Positions 41,979 to 50,403 of a stretch of DNA of 64,000 nucleotides are shown piece after piece. Under the pieces are notes generated by a model. It was given only the letters and a program-made list of their open reading frames with translations, was not told the origin of the DNA and made no database searches. This DNA comes from Planctomycetota bacterium (lineage in GTDB: Bacteria > Planctomycetota > GCA-002687715 > CAIWVZ01), in the NCBI GenBank assembly GCA_044222185.1, contig JBGANV010000002.1, forward strand, positions 32,001 through 96,000, in the 5' to 3' direction. The position numbers were made by a program, and so were the translations under genes. Within the stretch, counting starts at the first letter, position 1; every line of letters starts with the position of its first letter.

Positions 41979-42550
41979 GTTCGCCGTCCTCCGGACCCCG
42001 GGCTGCGCTTCCGCCGATCCAGCCTCACGAGGTTCTCGTCCTCGCGCGTCGATTCGGTGATGGCCTCCTGGCGCGCCAGGAATTCCTCGATCTCGTCCAT
42101 GCGGATCGCATCGCAGATCTCGAACTGCCTCGTCGCGGTAGCGAGTTCACATCGAGCGGTCACGACGTTGTCCCACGCCCGGCGCATGACGTTGATCTGA
42201 TATCCACGCAAGCAGTTCGTCGGCCGGTTGCCGTCCGCGGTCGCCGCGTCCCCCCAGATGCGTGTTCGAAGGACTTCGAGCCAGTGTTGCTGAGCTGCGA
42301 GGAGGCCGCGGATCAGCGGATCCGGTTGAGCACCCTGGATCGCACCAAGGCGCGCGGTTCGCGTACGAAACCGTCGTGCCGCTCGCGCCGCCAGGCGCCG
42401 GAGCACGTCCTCCCCCCGTCGGGCCGCGCGATAGGCAGCACGTGCGCTGGCCAGCCGCGTCTCGGCCTCCTCGAGGTCGCGACGGACCCGGTCCAGCCTG
42501 AACTCCAGGCTGAACACGAACCCCTTCGGGTTTTGAACGACCTCCGTCAC
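41975..42550 (-). CDS. SctO/FliJ-like stalk protein
   Basis: FVFSLEFRLDRVRRDLEEAETRLASA N-terminus, coiled coil; directly after the ATPase. Confidence 0.62.
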   Translation of the reverse strand: MTEVVQNPKGFVFSLEFRLDRVRRDLEEAETRLASARAAYRAARRGEDVLRRLAARAARRFRTRTARLGAIQGAQPDPLIRGLLAAQQHWLEVLRTRIWGDAATADGNRPTNCLRGYQINVMRRAWDNVVTARCELATATRQFEICDAIRMDEIEEFLARQEAITESTREDENLVRLDRRKRSPGSGGRRT

Positions 42551-42553
42551 GGA

Positions 42554-43954
42554 TCACCTCCTGGTCTGAGCGCAAATGGACCCGAGGAGTTGCAGCGTCC
42601 GATCCAATGGAACGGGTGGATCCGACTTGTTTTGAGGCAGGAGCGGAGACGGCACGGTCTCCGTCCCGCCGAAGAGTGCGCGCCCGGTGATGGCCGCGAG
42701 CCGACGGTCGAAAGCCGCGCGCCCCTCGACCGGCCTGAAGTCGTCAGGGTTGCGCCGAAACTCGTACGCGGAGCGCAGGGTCTCCTCCACGAGCCGCACG
42801 CACGCGATTCGCCGTTCGGCCTCCTCGGGCGATGCGCACTCCGCATCGATCACCGCGTCCCGCACGCGACTGACGCTGTCGAAGACGTCGATACCCGGAC
42901 GCCACCGGACCCGGTCGCCCAGCGGTCGCAGATAGAGGTGCCCGTCGAGGAGGCTCTTCACCTCTTCGGCGACGACGTCCAGTGAGCCGTCGGTGGAGTC
43001 CATCAGCACCGTGTAGATCGCCGTGATCGACCCCTGCTCCGTGTTTCCGGCACGTTCGAACAACCGTGGCAGCTCGGCGAACACGGATGGCGGATAACCT
43101 CCACGCCCGGGAGCCTCCTCGAGGGCCAACCCGAGATCTCTCACGGCGCGCGCAAACCGCGTCACCGAGTCCATCAAGAGCAGGACGTCGCGGCCCATGG
43201 CACGCTCGCGTTCCGCGATCGCCGTGGCGATGTGCGCCGCGCGCAGGCGGAGGACGGCCGGCTCGTCGGACGTGGAGACGACGACGGTCGCCTGGGCGCG
43301 CGCAGCCCCCAGATCGTTCTCCAGGAACTCCCTCACCTCACGTTGCCGTTCCCCGATCAGCGCGACGACGATCGAGCGGTTCGTCCTGTCCGCGTCGGCG
43401 TCCAGGCCGCCCTGGCCGAGACGCGTGTCTCGGAAGTAACGGGTGAGCATGCCGAGGAGCGTGCTCTTGCCGACGCCGGCGCCCGCGAAAATCCCAACGC
43501 GCTGGCCTTTGCCGAGCGGAAACAAGGCATCGATGATCTTCACCCCGGTCACGAGTCTTTCCCTGACGATCGGCCGCGACAGCACGTCCATCGGGGTCGG
43601 CTCGATCGCCGCGAGGTTGGGCCTGGCTCCGTGGTCCGAGAGGCGTTGGGTGATCCGGCCGTGTGCGTTCAGGACGCATCCGCGGAGGTCTCCGTCGATC
43701 TCGGCGAGCTCACCGCCGGAAGCGGGGATGACCCGCGCACCTTCCTGCAGGCCCTGAAGCGAGCCGAACGGCATGAGGTGGACGACCTCGTCCGAGAAGC
43801 CGATGACTTCCGCGGGCACGCTCGACGCCGAGTTCACGACGATCGCACACCGTTCGCCCAGACGTGCGTCGGGCAGCGCGGCCTTGATGACGACCCCGGA
43901 CTTGGACGCCGCGCGTACGATCCCCTCGCGGCGGACTCTTGCGGACGACGTCAT
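42554..43954 (-). CDS. sctN: T3SS ATPase SctN (FliI/YscN)
   Basis: Start ATG 43954; GQRVGIFAGAGVGKST, ALIGERQREVREF, LLLMDSVTRFARA, GYPPSVF, ERAG, GSITAIYTVL, SLLDGH. Confidence 0.95.
   Translation of the reverse strand: MTSSARVRREGIVRAASKSGVVIKAALPDARLGERCAIVVNSASSVPAEVIGFSDEVVHLMPFGSLQGLQEGARVIPASGGELAEIDGDLRGCVLNAHGRITQRLSDHGARPNLAAIEPTPMDVLSRPIVRERLVTGVKIIDALFPLGKGQRVGIFAGAGVGKSTLLGMLTRYFRDTRLGQGGLDADADRTNRSIVVALIGERQREVREFLENDLGAARAQATVVVSTSDEPAVLRLRAAHIATAIAERERAMGRDVLLLMDSVTRFARAVRDLGLALEEAPGRGGYPPSVFAELPRLFERAGNTEQGSITAIYTVLMDSTDGSLDVVAEEVKSLLDGHLYLRPLGDRVRWRPGIDVFDSVSRVRDAVIDAECASPEEAERRIACVRLVEETLRSAYEFRRNPDDFRPVEGRAAFDRRLAAITGRALFGGTETVPSPLLPQNKSDPPVPLDRTLQLLGSICAQTRR
42567..42593 (-). 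promoter_or_regulatory. Island motif variant GCAAC-N16-CGCTCA inside the sctN 3' end, upstream of the sctO-like gene
   Basis: + strand TGAGCG 42567-42572, GTTGC 42589-42593. Confidence 0.4.
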
Positions 43955-44664
43955 GGCGCGGCCTCCATTTCGGGCTTCGAGCTGCCGATCCCCATCAGGA
44001 TCGCGAGGTCTTCGAGATCCTGCATCAACGATTCGCGGTAGCCGGCACCGCGGTCGACGTCGACGTACACGTCGTGGCGGCTCACCTCTTCCGAAGCGAC
44101 GACGCGGATCGACTCGATGTTCGGCGCGGACGCGCGGAGCCGGTCCAGCGCCGCCGTCAGGACCGACACGTCGTCCGCATGGACGCGCACGGTGACCTCG
44201 CTCCGTGCCTTCCGATTCGCCGCACCGAGGCCCCGAAGCGCCAGGCCGATCACGTGGCTCGGATCGGCCGTCAATTCGTTTCGGAGGACCTCCCGTGCGA
44301 TCTGCAACGCGCGCTCGGTCACGACGGCGTCGAATTCGGTGCGTCGTCGCAGCGTCTCGCGCTCGAGCACGTCGAGGACTTTGCGGACCATCGCCGCCCC
44401 CTCGGCGAACCCGTCCGTCCGCGCACGGTCTCGAACGGCATCGGACGCGAACGAAGCATTCTCCAGGATTCGCCGAACTCCCTTGCGCGCCGCAGCCAGG
44501 AGGGCGGCGATGCGCTCGCGGATCCGCTCCACTTCGAGATCGCACGCCGCACGGATGGCCTTCGCGTCGTCGAAGGCGGGCTTCGTCGTTCGCGCCGGTG
44601 GATCCCATGGGCCATCGAACGCCTTCCGATGGATCGTCGCCACGACCAGATGGTCACCGCTCAT
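43951..44664 (-). CDS. sctL: T3SS stator SctL (FliH)
   Basis: Start ATG 44664; ARTDGFAEG, ALQIAREVLRNEL, VTVRVHADD; stop overlaps sctN start. Confidence 0.8.
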   Translation of the reverse strand: MSGDHLVVATIHRKAFDGPWDPPARTTKPAFDDAKAIRAACDLEVERIRERIAALLAAARKGVRRILENASFASDAVRDRARTDGFAEGAAMVRKVLDVLERETLRRRTEFDAVVTERALQIAREVLRNELTADPSHVIGLALRGLGAANRKARSEVTVRVHADDVSVLTAALDRLRASAPNIESIRVVASEEVSRHDVYVDVDRGAGYRESLMQDLEDLAILMGIGSSKPEMEAAP

Positions 44665-45577
44665 GTGGACTCCCCGGCTTTGCCTGCAACGCGAGACTCG
44701 CCTGGACACAGAGCAGCCCGACGAGGCGTCGGACTCTCTCGAGATCCAGCGGACCCGGAGTCGCGATGGGCAACGGCTCCGGCTCGGTCAGCACGGTGAG
44801 CGTCGATCGGCGGGCCCCGTCGAGGGAAACGCCCGCCGCAGAGAGCTCCGCCCGGATCCAACCGGAGACGAAGCGACGCCCGAGGTAGTAGGCGGCGCGG
44901 CGACGCATGCCGGTGACGATTCGAGATACCCGCCGCGCCGTCGCTTCCTCGGCCGCGAGACGTCGTGCCTCGAGCTCGAACGCCGACAGCCAGGCTTCCG
45001 CGGGCCAGGCTGCACCGGACGCATCATCCGGCGCACCTAGGAGCGATTGGACACGCTCGCCGACCCGGGCGCCGACATCCTGCCCGTCCTCGCCGAGAGG
45101 TCCGGCGATGCGCTGTGAGAACAGCCGCCGCGCCTCCTTCGGCCCGGTTGAACGAATGACCTGCGCGAGACCCGTGGCGAGAACCTCGATCCCGACCCCG
45201 GCGAGGAACGCCTTGAGCGCCTCGGCCTGCGCGTGTCCCTTCTCGACGGCGAGCACGAACCCTCGAAACGGCTCCGGCAGGACGGAGTACGCGTCGCGCG
45301 CCGACCGGGCGCAAAGCAGTTCGCGCCGCTCGGCCCAACGCTCGCCGCGACCCAGCCTTTCGAACGGAACCCCATCCAGGATCCCAGCTTCTTCACGTGA
45401 CTCCGCGAAGTCCTCTCGGAGCAGCGTCTGCGGCGGAACTGCCTCGTGACGCGGAAACTCCGTCGCTCCGGCGACCATGGCCAGCATGCGCGCCAGCGCT
45501 GCGCGATCGTTGACGCCAGCCAACGCGAACGAGCAGAACGCGCGGAGACGAACCGAGGGTCGAGGATTGGCCGTCAT
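44654..45577 (-). CDS. Hypothetical helical protein in the SctK/FliG slot
   Basis: Between sctJ and sctL on the same strand; no motif recognised. Confidence 0.55.
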   Translation of the reverse strand: MTANPRPSVRLRAFCSFALAGVNDRAALARMLAMVAGATEFPRHEAVPPQTLLREDFAESREEAGILDGVPFERLGRGERWAERRELLCARSARDAYSVLPEPFRGFVLAVEKGHAQAEALKAFLAGVGIEVLATGLAQVIRSTGPKEARRLFSQRIAGPLGEDGQDVGARVGERVQSLLGAPDDASGAAWPAEAWLSAFELEARRLAAEEATARRVSRIVTGMRRRAAYYLGRRFVSGWIRAELSAAGVSLDGARRSTLTVLTEPEPLPIATPGPLDLERVRRLVGLLCVQASLALQAKPGSPHER

Positions 45578-45608
45578 TGCACGATGTCCGCACCTGGTTC
45601 AGGCAGAC

Positions 45609-46622
45609 TCAGGCCGAGGCTGCCGCGTCTTTCGCTGCGACCTGGGCAACGTCATCACGCGCGGCCCCGCGCCGGCGACCGAGTGCAAGCCGAAGCAGGA
45701 CGGCGACCAGGACGGCGCCGCAGCCGGCGAGGCCCCAGACCGCGGGCCATCGCATCAGGATCACGCCCTCCTCCGCAAGGGCCTTGAGGGCTGCGGCCTG
45801 AGCCTCGGGTGTCACCGTCGCTCCATCGCCGGACGGAGCTCGGCAATCCACCGCCACGTAGGTGATCGCCACATCCTCCAACCGCATGCCCTCGACCGCC
45901 TGCGCGAGGGTGGCGCAGACCTGGCTCGGGGTGAATGGCGCGTCTTCCGGAATGCCAGCCGTGGCGTCGGACGAGAACGGGCCGATCGCCACGGCATCGC
46001 TGGCGTCGGGCGACACCCCTCGTGGCCGGCTCTTCGACCGGTACCGGAGGATCACGGCCGCGGTCGAGCGGAGACCGTTCATCGGGCGCGATGCCGGCCC
46101 GTCGGCCTTGCCACGCGCGGCGTCGGCGCTCGTCGCGTTCCGAATCGCGTCCACTCCCATGGGCTTGTCCGGGATGACCACGTGAACGCGCGCGGTGATC
46201 ACGTCCGGGTGGACCTCGAACGACCGTGCCGCCTCACCCGCGAGCGCAGCCATGAGCTGCGCGCGCTCATCCGCACGCGTACGACCGAATCCCGTGCGGT
46301 TGCTGAACGCTTCGAGGCCGGAGGGCCTGGGTCGAGGCAACCCGAATGCGAGCATCTTCGCGCGCACGGTGTGGGCGACGTACCCAGGCACGACGACGTC
46401 GAACGACGCTTTCGCGCCCTTTTCCTTCGATGGGTCCACGCGCGGGGAGAGCTCGGGTCCGAGGAGGACCGCGATCTCGTTGGCGTCGTCCGCGCTCACC
46501 GCGAATGCGACCGTGACCTCGGGCGGCGTGCACGCGGTCGTCGCGAGGAGCAGTCCCGCCAGCATGGCGCAACGAAACAGGTTTCGAAACGACGAGCGAC
46601 CATCGACCTCGTGTGAATTCAT
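45609..46622 (-). CDS. sctJ: Inner-membrane ring lipoprotein SctJ (YscJ/PrgK)
   Basis: Lipobox LLATTAC; DANEIAVLL, GLPR, DERAQL, VITARVHVVIP, TAAVILRY, AVEGMRLEDVAI; C-terminal TM; much shorter than FliF. Confidence 0.88.
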   Translation of the reverse strand: MNSHEVDGRSSFRNLFRCAMLAGLLLATTACTPPEVTVAFAVSADDANEIAVLLGPELSPRVDPSKEKGAKASFDVVVPGYVAHTVRAKMLAFGLPRPRPSGLEAFSNRTGFGRTRADERAQLMAALAGEAARSFEVHPDVITARVHVVIPDKPMGVDAIRNATSADAARGKADGPASRPMNGLRSTAAVILRYRSKSRPRGVSPDASDAVAIGPFSSDATAGIPEDAPFTPSQVCATLAQAVEGMRLEDVAITYVAVDCRAPSGDGATVTPEAQAAALKALAEEGVILMRWPAVWGLAGCGAVLVAVLLRLALGRRRGAARDDVAQVAAKDAAASA

Positions 46623-47074
46623 GACTGGCTCGACATCAACGTGCGAACGGCATTGGAGGCACTTCCGACGACCTGGGAGACGATGGCGACGGAAGACGAC
46701 ATCTCGTAGACGGAGGCTTGGAGCTTCAAGAACGCCTCCATCTTCTGGTTCTCGAGTTCCACCATGGCCGGGTCATCGGCGGTGACGCCCGCAGAGCGGA
46801 GCGCCTTCATCTCCGCGTTGATGCGCGAGAGGGTCGATTCGCACGCGGCGAGGCGCTCGCGAACGAATCCCGCCGGCCCGTTTCCCGCGGCGACTGCCGC
46901 GGCAGCGAATTGACCGTCAGTCGGTACGGCGACCGACGTCGGATCGACCTGCCGCGGAGGGACGACGAACGGACGCCCTCCAGCGGGAGCCTCGACGCTC
47001 TTCGGCGCCGGTACGGACGACGCGCCGTCGGGACGTGTCAGACCCGGGCTGCGGACTCCATCGATGTGCGGCAT
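46619..47074 (-). CDS. SctI-like inner rod protein
   Basis: Start ATG 47074; disordered N-terminus; C-terminal FLKLQASVYEMSSSVAIVSQVVGSASNAVRTLMSSQ; directly upstream of sctJ. Confidence 0.68.
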   Translation of the reverse strand: MPHIDGVRSPGLTRPDGASSVPAPKSVEAPAGGRPFVVPPRQVDPTSVAVPTDGQFAAAAVAAGNGPAGFVRERLAACESTLSRINAEMKALRSAGVTADDPAMVELENQKMEAFLKLQASVYEMSSSVAIVSQVVGSASNAVRTLMSSQS

Positions 47075-47081
47075 GGGAAGG

Positions 47082-47504
47082 TCACTCCGTTGCGCGGGAC
47101 GCCCGCAGGTAGACTTCGTCGAACAGATTGCGAAGCGACGGATCCATGGCGACCTGATCGGCAATCGCCGCCTTCACCTCGGGCGGGGTGCCTGGTCCGA
47201 ACGCACGGTCGATTTCCGCATCGATCACGCGATTGCGAATCGCATCCCGGCTCTCGCCGTTGCGAATGCCATCGGCGACGACGCCTCGCACGCGTTCGGT
47301 GACGCTTCCCGTCGGCACGGCGGCTTGCGTCGAAATCCCGGCCGCTCCTGGGGCCAGCCCCTGCGCGAACTCGGGCCGGTCGCTGAACCGGGCCCCATCC
47401 GCCGTCGGCGGACCGAGCCCCGGGTCCCGATGGCTCGGACCGATCGGATCCGATGGCCCCCTCGGTGGCGGGAGTGGCGAACCGGTACCTGTGATTCCAT
47501 TCAT
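47082..47504 (-). CDS. Hypothetical protein in the YscH slot, possible secreted substrate
   Basis: G/S/P-rich N-terminus MNGITGTGSPLPPP, small helical C-terminal domain; own motif promoter. Confidence 0.6.
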   Translation of the reverse strand: MNGITGTGSPLPPPRGPSDPIGPSHRDPGLGPPTADGARFSDRPEFAQGLAPGAAGISTQAAVPTGSVTERVRGVVADGIRNGESRDAIRNRVIDAEIDRAFGPGTPPEVKAAIADQVAMDPSLRNLFDEVYLRASRATE

Positions 47505-47534
47505 GGTGCTGCCTCCGGCCGAGTCGAAGCCGGC

Positions 47535-48026
47535 CTAAGCAGTGATCGTGGTGGCGTTGGATCCGTTGCGCCGAGCTCGGGCCACGCGTTGCAGTTCGGC
47601 CGCCGCTCGACCGCCATCCGTCCCGCGCCCGACCTGTCGAGCGCGATCGAACAGGCTCGCGATCGCCTGCGTTTCGCGCTCGTCCGCCGGAAGCCTCAGG
47701 CTCAGGTCGTGACGTGCGGCGCCCTCGAGCCCGAGGGCGAACGCCAGTTCCCCGGCGTTCAGGCGGGGTTTCGCCATCGCAGCCCGCGCATGCTGGACGG
47801 CGGCCTCGGGCCGACCCTCGAGCCACGATATGAGCGCAAGCTGGACGTCGACGAACCCGCTCTGCGGCTGGAGGATCATGAGCGCGCGATAGAGATCGCG
47901 TGCTCCGTCGAGCCACCGCAGCATCACCATGAAGTGGGCGACCTCGGCGAGGAACCGCACTCGCTCCACCCGACGGTCGTCGGGCGCGAGCCCCGCGAGG
48001 ACCTCATGTAGAACCGGCTTTTCCAT
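47535..48026 (-). CDS. Small TPR protein, YscG/SctY-like chaperone
   Basis: ARDLYRALMILQP...LALISWLEGRPEAAVQHAR TPR pattern; directly after the needle-like gene. Confidence 0.6.
   Translation of the reverse strand: MEKPVLHEVLAGLAPDDRRVERVRFLAEVAHFMVMLRWLDGARDLYRALMILQPQSGFVDVQLALISWLEGRPEAAVQHARAAMAKPRLNAGELAFALGLEGAARHDLSLRLPADERETQAIASLFDRARQVGRGTDGGRAAAELQRVARARRNGSNATTITA
47543..47569 (-). promoter_or_regulatory. Island promoter motif GCAAC-N16-CGATCA inside the 3' end of the TPR gene
   Basis: + strand TGATCG 47543-47548, GTTGC 47565-47569; about 40 nt upstream of ATG 47504. Confidence 0.65.
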
Positions 48027-48062
48027 GACTCTTCCCTGGCCTCGACGGCCTGCGCCACGTCA

Positions 48063-48347
48063 TCACGGCTTGATGTTGCGGACGGCTTCCATCCCTGCGT
48101 CGTGATAGGTCTTCGAGATGTTCGATCGCAGGGAGAACTCCTGCATCACGGCTTGCATCTCGACCTGCTTCTCGAACAAGGCGTCGAGACGACTGATCTG
48201 ATCGCCGCCCCCGCCGAGACCGAGGAATGATGCGCCGATCCCCAAGGGCGAGCCGCTCAGCACCGTCGACACCGCGGCCCCGAAAGTCGTGCCTCCGAGG
48301 CTTGCACCGGAAAAACCAAGACCGCCGCTGAAGGACCCGGCACCCAT
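48063..48347 (-). CDS. SctF-like needle/filament subunit, 94 aa
   Basis: RBS GAGGAG, ATG 48347; G/S-rich N-terminus; C-terminal LFEKQVEMQAVMQEFSLRSNISKTYHDAGMEAVRNIK resembles needle-subunit C-termini. Confidence 0.65.
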   Translation of the reverse strand: MGAGSFSGGLGFSGASLGGTTFGAAVSTVLSGSPLGIGASFLGLGGGGDQISRLDALFEKQVEMQAVMQEFSLRSNISKTYHDAGMEAVRNIKP

Positions 48348-48398
48348 GACGTTGCTCCTCATGCTCCGCGCCCAGGATCGGGCGAGGCTCGCTGGTGA

Positions 48399-48425
48399 TG
48401 ATCGGATCCGAGTCGGAGGCGTTGC
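48399..48425 (-). promoter_or_regulatory. Island promoter motif GCAAC-N16-CGATCA upstream of the needle-like gene
   Basis: + strand TGATCG 48399-48404, GTTGC 48421-48425; intergenic. Confidence 0.75.
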
Positions 48426-48454
48426 GCCGCCACCCCGGATGACCCGCTCTGACC

Positions 48455-48760
48455 TCAGGCGTTTCCGAGCTTCCGCAGCTCCGCCACGAATGCCCCCGCT
48501 GCGCCGAACGCATGGTCGACGCGGTCGATGGCTTCCGCATCGTCGGTGCAGACCGAACGTGCCGACGCGAGCCAATCCCGCACTTCGCCGAGGAACCCGT
48601 CGAGTTCGGAACAGCGATCGCCGCTCCAGGACGCCGTCAGCATCCGGTGCAGGACGTCGCCCCCTCGAAGGGGTTCCGCGGGCTTGGATTCCGGCTGATC
48701 TGCCGGCGCTCGATCTGACGCGTTCATCACCTGCTCCTCCTCATCCGTTGGTCGCTTCAT
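48455..48760 (-). CDS. Small helical protein, possible YscE-like needle co-chaperone
   Basis: About 100 aa, helical, ends DHAFGAAGAFVAELRK; directly upstream of the needle-like gene. Confidence 0.5.
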   Translation of the reverse strand: MKRPTDEEEQVMNASDRAPADQPESKPAEPLRGGDVLHRMLTASWSGDRCSELDGFLGEVRDWLASARSVCTDDAEAIDRVDHAFGAAGAFVAELRKLGNA

Positions 48761-50111
48761 GGATCAGCCGGCGCATCTCGGCGACGACGCGATCGGCGGT
48801 TTTCTGAGTGGACCCGAACGGGTCGGCGGCGTCGTCGCCGCCCCGGTGTTCCGCCGCATCCAACGCCGCGCGCATCCCGTCCGAGTCGTGCGCGGCGAAT
48901 GCCGCGAAGAACCTCTGCGTCGCGTTCCAGAACGGCGAGAACCCCATGTCGACCGTCCCAGCCGTCGTTGCGACGAACTGGGAGAACCCGGCCAGGTCGT
49001 CAAGCGTGTCCTTCGTTCCTTCCTGGAGGAACCGCTGGGTGTAGACGACCAGCAGCCCGGCAACGAGCGGATCGTAGTTCGCGGCGAGCGCGGTCGGTCG
49101 CGCACGGAAATCGAGGAACGCCTCGAACTGAACGCGTGCCTTGTCGAATTCGCCGATCTCCATGTAGGTCGCGCCCAGTCGGAACTTCACGACGAACAAG
49201 TTCTTGTCGATCGTGAGAACTTCGCGCAGACGCTCGGCGTAAGCGCGCATGCGCGCGACGTACGCGGGATCGTGGGCCTTGACCGCCGGTCCCATGGCAT
49301 CGACGGATTCATCGAGATCCGTTGCGGCGCGCTCCGCCTGGATCAGGGCGCGGCTCGCCTCGAAGACGTCCGAGCGCCACGTCGCGCCAGGAACTCCGTT
49401 GCCGGGACCCCGAGCCGCGACGTTCCACGACCAGCTCTCCTTCAACCACGTCGCGACGATGCGCTTGGCAGCCGTCGGAGTGATCGTGGGGTCGTCTCGC
49501 AGGCGGCTCGAGTTGAACACTGCCCCGATGTTCGCTGCGAAGTTCTTCCCGATGATCGTTCCGAGGAACGAGAGGAACGCCTCGCCCGGCGGTTGGTCCC
49601 ACGCCTCGAGGGACGACGTGGCGACCTCCGCGCTCTCGAGGTAGCGGCGGGCTTCTGCGTACTTGCCTTCGAGACGCGCGATCAGGGCGAGCCCGATCCA
49701 CGCAGGCGGCCAGTCCGGGCAGATCCGCAGGGCATCGCCGAAGTGGTTGAACGCAAGCGCGTGTGCGCTCTCGGCCGCCGCGCCGCGCGGATGCCGCAGC
49801 GCCACGGCGTCGAGGCGCATTTCCCCGAGCTTCGAGTGGAACAAGAAGCACTGGGGGTCGTGTTGGATCGCGTCATCGAGCGGGCGGAGAACCAGACGCC
49901 GGCGTCCGCTCTCGAGTTCGTCTTGCGACAGTGGCGCGGAGTGGAGTTCGAACCAGCCCCGTCGCGCTTCCTCGTATTTCGTCTGACCGGCCTGGCTCAA
50001 GAACAGCGCATCCCGGTCCGGGATCTCGCGCGAAGCACAACCAGGCACGAAAACGATCACCAACGTGACGATCGCCATCACGACTGCGCGGCAGGTGGAC
50101 TCGAGGGTCAT
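48741..50111 (-). CDS. TPR-containing lipoprotein heading the T3SS operon
   Basis: Signal ending FVPGC; TPRs ALRICPDWPPAWIGLALIARLEGKYAEA and LGATYMEIGEFDKA; start ATG 50111 or 50123. Confidence 0.75.
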   Translation of the reverse strand: MTLESTCRAVVMAIVTLVIVFVPGCASREIPDRDALFLSQAGQTKYEEARRGWFELHSAPLSQDELESGRRRLVLRPLDDAIQHDPQCFLFHSKLGEMRLDAVALRHPRGAAAESAHALAFNHFGDALRICPDWPPAWIGLALIARLEGKYAEARRYLESAEVATSSLEAWDQPPGEAFLSFLGTIIGKNFAANIGAVFNSSRLRDDPTITPTAAKRIVATWLKESWSWNVAARGPGNGVPGATWRSDVFEASRALIQAERAATDLDESVDAMGPAVKAHDPAYVARMRAYAERLREVLTIDKNLFVVKFRLGATYMEIGEFDKARVQFEAFLDFRARPTALAANYDPLVAGLLVVYTQRFLQEGTKDTLDDLAGFSQFVATTAGTVDMGFSPFWNATQRFFAAFAAHDSDGMRAALDAAEHRGGDDAADPFGSTQKTADRVVAEMRRLIHEATNG

Positions 50112-50213
50112 TGGACGCTCCATGGAGGGTTCGCCCCGCGGTCGTTGCGGGCCCGACGGTGCAGAGCAGCGATCACCGAGCCCGTGACGGGCCAGGCCAC
50201 TGCCTCCGCAGTG

Positions 50214-50240
50214 CAATCGCATTTGCTGGCGCTCCGTTGC
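50214..50240 (-). promoter_or_regulatory. Island promoter motif GCAAC-N16-CGATTG upstream of the main T3SS operon
   Basis: + strand CAATCG 50214-50219, GTTGC 50236-50240; divergent intergenic region. Confidence 0.62.
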
Positions 50241-50306
50241 ACGAGCCTCTCGAAGCCGGGGTCCCGCTGGGACGCGTGGATTCCGCCCGGACCCGCACGA
50301 CTCGGC

Positions 50307-50333
50307 GCAACGACGCTCCGCGTTCCGCGATCG
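50307..50333 (+). promoter_or_regulatory. Island promoter motif GCAAC-N16-CGATCG upstream of the FHA-protease gene
   Basis: Intergenic, about 70 nt upstream of ATG 50404. Confidence 0.62.
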
Positions 50334-50403
50334 TTGAGGATGATCTGCCGCATCGCCGGCAGGGCCCGCGGACCGCGTTCATCACGAGAGACAGGAACAC
50401 GCC

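Noticed and set aside
36443-46622. Reading the cluster as a flagellar fli/flh operon
   Set aside because: The ring protein is a short SctJ-type lipoprotein, not FliF; SctR lacks the FliP signal peptide; SctV has GAMKF; no rod, hook, flagellin, motor or chemotaxis genes are present
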